Shown here: one piece after another, positions 11,021 to 20,000 of the stretch
Layout of the letters: every line of letters begins with the position of its first letter
How positions within the stretch are numbered: position 1 is the first letter of the stretch
Assembly (NCBI GenBank): GCA_000934665.2
Contig: JYFJ02001451.1
Location: 59,530-79,529 of the forward strand
Direction: 5' to 3'
Source: Catajapyx aquilonaris
Lineage: Eukaryota
Length of the DNA: 20,000 nt
Translations under genes and position numbers: made by a program
The notes under the pieces: model-generated
What the model saw: the letters and a program-made list of their open reading frames with translations, nothing else
Databases searched by the model: none
Told to the model about the DNA's origin: nothing

Positions 11021-11349
11021 ATGGCCCAGCCCCCTGAAGGACCCAGCATCAGGGGTGGGGCCCCCACGGTCACCTGAGTACATCAGACTCAAGGGTGGGG
11101 GGATAAGGAGGCCACCAGCCATCTTTGACCTTCTCATTATCGCAAATGGACTCGACCAAGTTACATTTGTGCGCATACGGAGCTGTAATTGGTTAAATAT
11201 CATGAAAGGCTGGATAAATTGTCCGGCCTGATATAATATCACTACCTCTCGCACGGTGGCAGGAGTGTACAGAGGGAGTGTGCGCCATCTATGCGCGAAG
11301 AATAGTACTAAGTGGTAAATCGGAGGGCCATCTCATTCAAGTCGTTTGA

Positions 11350-11400
11350 TTGTCACAGGTTTGGCCCAATTTTGTCACAGGTTTGGCCCAATTTTGTCAC
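11350..11400. repeat. 22-bp perfect tandem duplication (2.3 copies) upstream of the Gr gene
   Basis: TTGTCACAGGTTTGGCCCAATT x2 plus TTGTCAC. Confidence 0.9.
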
Positions 11401-11689
11401 TTGCTTCGATGTGAGCGATCTTTCCGATCAGAAAATCTCATTACCAGCATTAAATGGGGATATCAAGATCGATGGTGTGTGTGTTTGCACAATGAGAATA
11501 TATGGCTGTAGCGTGAGGTTTGGGATAAACTTCACGCTTCGGCTGTGGTAATAAAGTACTGACGGTTCTCTCTTTTTTTCACGTTCGGTTTTTCCATCGG
11601 GCCGTACACACACACACAAGTGGCCCAAGGCCCCTCTGTTCAATTTCAATTACTTGTCCGCTCGGAGTTGCTCACGTTTTCAAATCAGC

Positions 11690-13230
11690 ATGTCCCCAAA
11701 TAATCTGCAGTCGGCCATGCAGCCGACCTTAATATTGCTGACCGTCGGAGGACTGCTGCCCTGGCCTCGAAAGAGGTCAAAGGGCATGAGCTGTGCTGGC
11801 CTGCTTCACACCGCAGCCTTCGTTGTCTACCTGGTCATGTTCGGATTGTACCCGCCACCCAGTGTGTTCAACGGGTACGAAACCAACACGGAGATGGTCA
11901 CGTACCTGTGCAGCTACGCTTTCATGGTGCTCACACCTTGGATTGCGTATTTTCTGGTCCTGTTCAAGATGAAAGAAGTGTCGTGCCTTCTGGACATTCT
12001 GCTGGAATCGGACAGGGTGCATCCGGTAGCTAGAGTGTACCGGATGTACCCCCTGCATGTGTCGTTTTATATCATGGTGACTGTGTGTCCGTTGGCGTTG
12101 GTAGCGACCAACTTTTACGACATTGGCGACGAACCGGACACAATGTTGTACCTAAGCGACAGGATATTCCTGGTATTTTCGTGGCACAGCAAGTTTGTGC
12201 TGTACATGCTGACGGTACAAATAGCGCTGTTCTCAATTGTCATGAAGTACAGGCTGCAGGAGGTCAACGAGGTCATCTTCAGGACTTGCAGGAGTCGACC
12301 CAGCCTGTTTAACTTTCCATGGCGACCTCCAAAGCTGTGGACACCAGACGAGACAACGAAGTTCAACGACGCAGGACATCTGTTTATGACCATGTACGAA
12401 CTGATAGATCGGATGGGTCAGGTGTACGGAGGTTCGCTGCTAGTCATGTACCTGTCCAGTATTGTGGAGATCATAAACATTGTGTTCTACGTGGCTTCGC
12501 TCGTGATGGCTCAGGACAGTCTGCTTCACATATTCGCAGTTTCAAGTTACACCATGTCCTGCGCCGGAATTGTCGTACTGCTGACGTACATACTGGGGGA
12601 CATACCGATCGAGGTACGGTGACATCATAGCCTTTGTTTCATCGTTGACGCATTTAATGAACTCCCGAAGTGTGTAGCTTCTTATCAATTTTTTCAACGA
12701 TATTACATCCACTCATAACTGTACTGTACACCACATATTGCATGTGCTGTACTGTATGAGTCATAAAACATTCATGAAAATAGTTATCCTGGCGCTATGC
12801 AACCAACTCTGCAAAGGAAATAATGTCTTTATACATTTTTCTCATCTCTTACAGGTTGAGAGGCATTTTCGTCGTCTTATCTCCATCAGGACTTCAGACA
12901 TGACTGTCACAAGCCATGCTCAAGTAAGTATAACCCAGCACAATTATAGCCTCTTGAGTACGACTATTTTCTCAGGTGAAAGCTCTGGTTAAAGTGATGT
13001 CCGCCGGATCATCGGTTCAAATCACGGCCGCCGACTTCTTTTCAATCAACCGCGAACTTCTGACCTCGGTGAGTTTTGACCCTTCAATTGTTAAGAGCAT
13101 GTGTCTTAATATGTGGTTTCAGATATCAGCGTCCATCACCACGTACATCATCGTATTGGCGCAGTTCTACAGCGCAGAAGTTGGGGTCACCACCGAGGAA
13201 TCAGGCAGCAACAACACTTCTGTTCAATAA
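11690..13230 (+). CDS. Gustatory receptor (7tm_7 insect chemoreceptor family), 397 aa
   Basis: Exons 11690-12613, 12855-12923, 12976-13068, 13123-13230. One long 5' exon with several hydrophobic helices is followed by three phase-0 introns near the C-terminus, the classic Gr layout. The C-terminus ITAADFFSINRELLTSISASITTYIIVLAQF contains the TYhhhhhQF signature. Confidence 0.92.
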
Positions 13231-13694
13231 GTGATCAGTCGCTCACATTTTATCATGGGGACGGACGGTCCAATTGTCAGCTTTTTTTATCTCTTCTGAG
13301 GACAAGAGACGAGCGTTTTTGGTAGCAGCTAAACAGCGTGATTAACAAGCCAGGTCTCCACGGGGTGGGCTATCTCCTCCAGGCAGGGGCTGCCGTCATT
13401 ATGCACTGTTTCTAGTCAGTCCACGCCTCTTTCCTCAGCTCCACTTCACCACCTTTTTAAGTAGCTAAACAACCTACCACAAGATAACCCCCGAGGGAGG
13501 GTGAAAAAAAAAAAATCCTTTTTTACATGCTTCAAGTTGTGAGAGCTCGGAATCAGATCTGTCATGTGATTTCTCAGTTATTGGTTTAGCGAATTTTGGC
13601 TACAAACTCAATCTCTTTACAAACATATGGTTGGCTATATTATACGGTGAAGGTAGGTGCTTGAAAATGAGAACGTCCAACCAGTAACTACGGC

Positions 13695-13700
13695 TTTATT
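13695..13700 (-). terminator. Candidate polyadenylation signal AATAAA for NIPP1 (implies ~1.6 kb 3' UTR)
   Basis: TTTATT on + at 13695-13700 is the only AATAAA I found on - between the NIPP1 stop and the Gr gene. Confidence 0.45.
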
Positions 13701-15331
13701 GCCTAAATCTGATGTACACTGGGTTTATAGAACAGCTCTGACTCATAAAATGCAATGTACTTTACGTGTCTGTTAAGAGACAACTCATTATTATAGAGAG
13801 CAGCATTGAAACGATTGAATAAGGATGAGAGATGGCGGATTAAATTCATTGTAGATACCCTTTGCATCACACTCATTTGGCATACTCGAAAAACAGTTGC
13901 TGCATTTTTTTTTTGCCTGGAAGTATAGCAAAATGAGCAAAAGGTTCCTTATTGTTCACTCTGCAGCTCTGTGGCTAAATTCAAACGACCATCCATTACA
14001 AATAAACAAGTTTTGAGGTGCACACAGTTCTGGACACAAATCTACATACATGCACAAGTGCTTGACACACTCGCAGAGTCGCAGTAAAACATCCATGTAA
14101 CTATTTTATGCATAGTTTCATCACATTGCTAATCACATCACACGAGTAATTTTTTTTACATTGCCGAAAGTCATGCGATTATGGATGGCCATGTGAAATT
14201 TACCACATAAACTGCCTGGTTCCGTCACAGGTACCTACAGGGTTATTTACAGAGCTCAGTAAAAACTTGGGAACTATATACACAATTTCAGTCATATATT
14301 CAGTACATCTGTTAACAGTGCTAGGATTTTAAATGACCAGGTCACCTATAGGACTTGTGTACTGAGCTCACAAATTCATTTTTTTAAAACACCAACTTAA
14401 ATGCTAATAAACTGCAATTAAACAATAAAATATTGATTGTAAAAAAAAATATCAAAAAAGAAAAAAAATGAGTGACTTGTACAAAAAAAAAAGCATCGAC
14501 TGAACATAGCTTGCTGCATTTCTCAAAATGTGAAGCAGCTGTGTAATGAAAAAAAAAAAGTTACATGCATTTAAAAACACAAAAGAATCACAGAAAACAA
14601 TGCGCCTTGCTCCTCATAGAAACACTAACCTGCCTCACTTCACCCCAACTATTCAGGTCAAAGTCAGACGAGCGGTTAAAAATTCCTCGACAACAATTGG
14701 TGAAAGATAGCATTTAAAATGCATATGTCACTCACCACTTGTTGCAATCGAATACATCCGACATGCCTGTGGCAGTGAATTGTGACATGCAATGGAGACT
14801 GAAACATGGCAACAGAATTTGCATTATGAAGCAGTTTAGTACCCGAAATCATACGGTCTGCTGTGGATCAGCCCAGCACGTTTCGCATTGGTTTCAATCC
14901 AAATGTTCAGGCTGCGTCACCATCAAATGCGCTGTAGGCTTACCATGCGATCATAGCCGCGAGGCTAATACTTCCTGCCCACTCTTGTTACTGTTGCCAC
15001 ACGCAATATTGCATTTTGTACTTGTAAATATTAAACTTGCTTTGTGCATACATGGTCCTTTGGTTATTGTGATCTGCAATTTGGAAGTGCTCCCAAGCTT
15101 TAACCAAAAGAACATCATCACAGCAAGTGTCACCTTTACAACTAGGCCACCTTCACTGCCACATGTTTTCATGACTGCGGCACAAGGATACAAAATAGTC
15201 CAATATGGAACGTCCCATACACAGATTTATAAAACACTCCCTGCACCGGTCCAATCCTTAACGTGCCGGTAGGATCAGTGCCAAACAATTACATTGCTCT
15301 GACAGACGTTGGAAGGGTCAGTCTTGAGTCA

Positions 15332-18024
15332 TTAGACCAGAAGCGATGGCGTTGGCTTCTTCCCAGGCCATGCCTCTTTGGCATACTTCTTCTTCCTGGG
15401 CTCACTGCCATCGGCTGCCACTGCCATTGCCACCTGTTGTTGCTGTGCTGCAGACACAGCTGCTGCCATTGCCATCTCAACTTCACCTTCAGTTGGAAGC
15501 GCTGCCGAGTCAACTTCAGGTGCTGGGTTCGGCAAGGGCAACCCCAGCTTAGTACTGAGAGATGACGAGAACAAGTTTGGCGCTACTGAAGTAGGCGAGA
15601 GTGGCGAGGCTGACTCTGGCGGCAAGTCGTGGTAGAGGCTGGCAACGGGATTGCCCAGTGAGAGATGATGCTTCGGATACATGGCCAAAGCCAGTGACTC
15701 CATTTTCTGTCGCTTTGAGGCTGGGATGACTGTGGTTTGGATTAGGTTGCGGAAGCGGCCAACAGAAGGATCGACATCCTCTGGGTTGATGAGTTCTTCA
15801 TCCTCATTAAAGCTTACGTATTTCTTCTTCCGCTTCCTAGGACGTATCTCCTCGTCCGGGATACCCAACATTGAGATTCGGCGGTTGTGAGCCGTATTGA
15901 ATTCAGTCAGGTTGTCCAATTCTGTTTCAGTTTCAGGCAGACCCAGCAATCCACCCTCAGCATCTTCAGAGCTTTTCTCTAGCTCCTCCATTATTGGACG
16001 GGGAGCAGTCTGAGGCCTCTCACGAATTATGTACTGGCGGGTGGAAGCACCAAAATGGAAAGTGCTGTCGATGGGCAGTTGGGTTGGTTTGTTGGCCTCA
16101 AGACGCATAGTTCCAATGAAGGTCCCATGGGCTGCAAGAAAGGGATGCATTAGGCACGTCCCACACTATGGAAGTTTTCCAGGCACACTGACTAGTGCAA
16201 GACTGGCTGCGCAGAAACTGACAAATAAGCCTCAGGTGAGAATAACAATACTCTTTGCTGTAAGGTGAAGCAGAATCTCCAAGCAAATTGTTTCGCTAAT
16301 GTTTCTTACAAATTAGCATTGAAAGCATATGCTAAAGGCTACTGAAAGCACAAATCAAAATGCATGATTAACAGAGCAGCATCAAAACCATTAATGGAGT
16401 TAAAACGTCACAGAAGCTCAAAAAGCAACAGCCTCGTAACTAGGGAATGTCAGCAACACAGTTTAAGTGGAAAGCATTATCAGGGAGGAAACTAAATGAG
16501 ATTTCCATTTAAAATGTTGGCAGTCAAAGGCTGCAGTAACAATACAAAATTTATCTGTTACTTCACTCTGTACGTAGGTGTCAATTTAGGACTTCATTAA
16601 TTGCAAAGCGCTTTTAAAATATTTTAAAAAATTATTCTGTAGTCCTTCTCGGTTGCGCTACGGGTAACTGACGCAACAAAAAGGTGCATGAATCGAGGGG
16701 TCAAATAAATTGTGGTAAGCCACAGAAACGTACATGTTAAAATCCACATCACGAAACAAAGGATATGAAGCTAAAATGGCAAATGCGGTTTGTTTACAAA
16801 TGAAGCACACTCTATCAAGGCATGTCTTGCAAAAAAGTCTTGTGTTGAAAACTTCCATAGTGTGGGACGGGTTTTATTGTCTGGACCATAAGACAGACGA
16901 TACTTAATCTGTCCTCTCTTAATTCTTACTAACACCTCATCAACTGGCACAAAATAATCTCTCTTTCAAACAATTGCTTTCATGCACACAATGTTAATAA
17001 ATGTATAACATGAACTTTGCCCATTACATACTGGATTATTTCATAATTACCCCTTCAAAAACTGGCATATTCTGTATAATCCTTACATTGCCATGTACCA
17101 ACTGAGCACTTTTCCTTGCCAATCCTGTCCTAAATTAAGACAAATACAATAGTTACATATGTACGTAAAGCAAGATTGCATACAAAGCTGAAAGTGACGA
17201 ATTCTCCACTATCTGTACATCTAAAAGATTAATAAATCCCATCATGAACTTTGTATAACTATGTTACGGCAGGTGCGTGTCCACCGTACCTGTACAATGA
17301 AGGGTGGCCCAAAAAGTCCCTGCAACCGTATTTATTTCAGATATTACTTTCAGTTTTATTTATATATTTTGAACTCATTGTAAGTGGGACTTCCTGCTCC
17401 ACCTTGCGGACAGTACGAGGATACTCACTGCTTCCCAAATCGACAAGAAAAGCCCTGTTGAGATGCTTGTGGTACACCAACGTAGAATGGACCCGCGAAC
17501 AAGACGCATGATCAATGCAGAAGTCGTTCATCTGCGGATTCCTCCCGAACAGGTAGCACTTCTTCTCATCCAGCATCAGTTTCTGCGGATAGATTTACAT
17601 TACGTACACTACACGCATTACATACACAAGCTGCGTACCTGTATGAGCTTATCTCCTTTCATGACGTCCAGATGGAGGCCAACGGGTGGCTTCCCCGCCC
17701 TGGAAATTAAACCAGCCATTAATCCGGTTCACACTATATGTGAACTAGTAACAGCTTAAATATAATATATAATAACATATATTAATAATAATTTAATAAT
17801 AATGTGCATGATGCTTATCATGTGGATGAAAAACCTGATTTATTTCTTCATGTCTAATGGCAGATTTTCCTGCCCCTTCTGCCCTTGAAAATGTGGGGAT
17901 ATGCAGGGGCCGAACCTTCCCTTGGCCCCGGGGCGCCCCTGCCCCTTGTCCTACCCGTACTTTACGAGCCAAAAGGATTGAGCCGAGACCCTTACCAACT
18001 GGGCACGTCGTAATGGTTCGCCAT
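15332..18024 (-). CDS. PPP1R8: Nuclear inhibitor of protein phosphatase 1 (NIPP1), 347 aa
   Basis: Exons 18024-17996, 17699-17639, 17582-17429, 16131-15332, all GT-AG and in phase. N-terminal FHA domain (YLFGRN...CSRVH...DLGSTHGTF), PP1-binding RVxF-type motif RKRKKKYVSFNEDEELINPEDVDPSVGRFRN, and the conserved C-terminus KKKYAKEAWPGKKPTPSLLV. Confidence 0.97.
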
Positions 18025-18044
18025 CTTTTAGATATAATTTTTTT

Positions 18045-18410
18045 TTACATGAGGAAGTTGAAGAGGACGCTATCTAGTCGATACTATCCGGATGTCAACA
18101 ACTTTATTTGACATTTTAAATAATTTAAATTAAACTAATTAAAATGAGAAGAGGCGTTTCTATTTTAAATTAAAATGTAAATGATGAACGCAATGTGATC
18201 AGGTCAGTTTAATTCAAAATCCGGCCAAAATCCCGCCTAATTGCTAATTACGGCCTAATTAATTAGGCGTTGACTCATTAAAATTGAGCGTTAAATTTGT
18301 CGGCCAACAAAGCCGGACTTTCACAACAATGCACAGAAGAGAGAGAGAGNGGGGGGGGGGGGGGAATTTGGGTTTTCACATTCAATATGACCTGCACTGA
18401 CGCATGCGCA
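18045..18410 (-). promoter_or_regulatory. NIPP1 promoter / 5' UTR region
   Basis: Directly upstream of the ATG. Contains a pyrimidine-rich CCTCTTCAACTTCCTC tract (~18051-18066), E2F-like GGCGGGA (18231-18237), CHR-like TTTGAA (18213-18218), a 16-bp palindrome GCCTAATTAATTAGGC (18253-18268) and NRF1/Ewg-like CGCATGCGCA (~18401-18410). Confidence 0.45.
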
Positions 18411-18487
18411 CATCGCTTCAGTTTTAGCTCGCATTTTACGCGTAGCATACATTTTAATATCGCTACACAAGTGCTGATTTATGCTAA

Positions 18488-18600
18488 ACTAGTAGTGAAC
18501 ACATTGCTAAAAATAGGCAACGCTGCCCTGGACGTAGTACGATATGCCACTACCAGTTGGCGCACATAGGGACAAAGTCACGCCTAGCCAATTCTATATA
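18488..18600. repeat. Short interspersed element, copy B
   Basis: Same four blocks, in the same order and orientation, as 2923-3087. Confidence 0.65.
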
Positions 18601-18654
18601 ATTTTTTTATGATGAAACTGTAAAAAAAAAGAAGAAAAAGAGGAGAATTCTCAC

Positions 18655-19352
18655 CAAAGAAACATCCGTTTCGTATGCTCCATGGGCGTAATGGGTTCCT
18701 CAGGTTCTTGCTTGCAGATGAGCCATAGTCCAACTTGTAATTCTTCCAGAACGCGACAATAAGTCCAGTCAGTACCGACAATGACCTCGGACCTCGGAGG
18801 GGTCAGCAGGTGACCGTTACCTACTGCTAGTACTGTACTCACCTGTAATGCTTTGCCCAGGGCACCGACGATGCGCGTCCACCCACGGCTGGGGTCACTG
18901 CTTGCTGACCTCCCTGTGTATAAGTATAGGAGGTCGATGACCGACAAGAGCAGCGGGTTATCAGTTCGTGGGGCTATAGATGCGGAAATAACGCGTGCAA
19001 AAGAGGGGGTCATACATCCTGGCGCATCCTGGGCTCTTCCGCGCCTGTCCATTCCCGGACGCATATTGCTGCCGTCAGATGTGAGAGGACCGTAACTCAA
19101 TATCCACTTCCCTTGCGGCGAGAAAAGAAACCAAGTGTTACCGAAAGCATCCAAGAGGTGGCGTTGGGGGAAGGGGGAAAAAGGAACGGCATCCCAACTC
19201 CACCTGTTGGGTGCTTTTGGTACCACTGCTTTTTTATCGCCGTAAGGGGAAGTGGACATTGAGTTACGGTCTTCTCATATCTGACGGCAGATTGGCCGGC
19301 CCTTTCTGCTTCCCTCGCCTCTTTTGGACGCCATATTGAACACGGCTGCCAT
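18655..19352 (-). pseudogene. Putative degenerate gene with RING-CH (MARCH/RINGv)-like remnants, interrupted by a MITE
   Basis: Starts in AAGATGGC/AATATGGC context (19352, 19334) and has a strong donor CAG|GTGAGT (18842). After removing the MITE, fragments in shifting frames read GRPICV, ELITRCSCRSSTSY, IHREVSKQ*, QPWVDAHRRCP, WAKHY. An internal stop and frameshifts are required. Confidence 0.35.
19069..19290. mobile_element. 222-bp foldback MITE with 4-bp TSD (ATTG); possibly Sola-type
   Basis: Imperfect inverted arms of ~100 bp, starting CTGCCGTCAGAT and ending ATCTGACGGCAG, around a ~24-nt loop. ATTG flanks both ends (19065-19068, 19291-19294). Confidence 0.8.
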
Positions 19353-19598
19353 CTTGTCTATGCCGTCACGAAATGACGTCATCACTGAAAGCATAATTAT
19401 GTTTGCCATTAAAAATATATATAACAGGAAGTGCATGTTTATTTTCAATTAGCGATCATTGTTCAAAGAATTATTGCACATAATTATAGTCAATAAATTG
19501 AAAAAGTATTATATAAAAATTAAAATATTATGGCATTAGGTCCTAAAAGACCCCATGGCACGGTTGCCGTAACTTTCAGGCACGTCACGGTTCCAGGG

Positions 19599-19734
19599 TT
19601 AAACCAAAGAACTATCTGACGTCACACCAGCTGCGTTTTCTGAGCATGCGCAGTATTATGCTTGCAGAGCTTTCAGAGCGATTCGAGATGGAGGCGGGGT
19701 TGAACGTGACGTCAGATCGTTCTTTCGGTTTTAA
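19599..19734. mobile_element. TTAA-flanked MITE-like element with ~24-bp TIRs
   Basis: TTAA-ACCAAAGAACTATCTGACGTCAC (19599-19625) is the near reverse complement of GTGACGTCAGATCGTTCTTTCGGT(T)-TTAA (19706-19734). Confidence 0.6.
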
Positions 19735-20000
19735 AACGGACTGTATGCGCATGCGCAGTAGTCTGCGTTATTCAGAGAGATTCGGGATGGAGGCGGGGCT
19801 GAACTTGACGTCAGATCGTTCTTTCGGTTTAAAACTGACTGTATGCGCATGCGCAGTAGTATGCGTTATTCAGAGCGATTCGGGATGGAGGCGGGGCTGG
19901 AACGTGACGTCAGATCGTTCTTTCGGTTTAAAACTGACTGTATGCGCATGCGCAGTAGTATGCGTTATTCAGAGCGATTCGGGATGGAGGCGGGGCTGAA
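19644..20000. repeat. Tandem repeat, 98-99 bp unit, at least 3.5 copies, running off the window end
   Basis: GACGTCAGATCG recurs at 19708, 19807, 19906. TTCAGAG recurs at 19672, 19771, 19869, 19968. The later copies are nearly identical. Confidence 0.95.

Noticed and set aside
14739..15890. Plus-strand ORFs antisense to NIPP1
   Set aside because: They are shadows of the NIPP1 CDS and 3' UTR.
17293..17382. TACAATGA...TCATTGTA inverted ends in NIPP1 intron 3 (mariner-like relic?)
   Set aside because: Only 8 bp of perfect inversion, too weak to call.
16132..17428. Intronic snoRNA search in NIPP1 intron 3
   Set aside because: One TGATGA (~16938-16943, - strand) has no suitably placed D box or terminal stem. 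An H/ACA RNA cannot be judged by eye.
18651..19259. 202-aa ORF on -
   Set aside because: It starts inside the foldback MITE and reads through a strong splice donor. No recognisable domain appears in that frame, so it is treated as a chance composite.
19646..19999. 117-aa repetitive ORF; also a superficial CRISPR-like periodicity
   Set aside because: The ORF is a by-product of the ~99-bp tandem unit. Units are near-identical throughout with no unique spacers, and the context is eukaryotic.

Overview
Eukaryotic genomic DNA, most likely an insect or related arthropod, judged from short 52-77 nt GT-AG introns, an insect-type gustatory receptor and an insect-like NIPP1. I reconstructed three spliced genes by hand. 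(1) A 5'-truncated, 7-exon leucine-rich-repeat (RNI/F-box-LRR-like) gene on + (26-1925). (2) A 4-exon, 397-aa gustatory receptor on + (11690-13230). (3) A convergent 4-exon, 347-aa NIPP1/PPP1R8 on - (15332-18024). Upstream of NIPP1 lies a degenerate gene-like region with RING-CH-like remnants, interrupted by a 222-bp foldback MITE with a 4-bp target-site duplication. Non-coding DNA holds several unrelated foldback elements (2011-2127, 2474-2522, 7076-7267, 19069-19290) and two diverged copies of a short CTCF-motif-bearing element (2923-3087, 18488-18600). It also holds a paired kappaB+GATA module and a ~99-bp tandem array that grows out of one end of a TTAA-flanked MITE and carries CRE, NRF1/Ewg and GC-box motifs in each unit. 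No prokaryotic systems, CRISPR array, tRNA or rRNA were seen.
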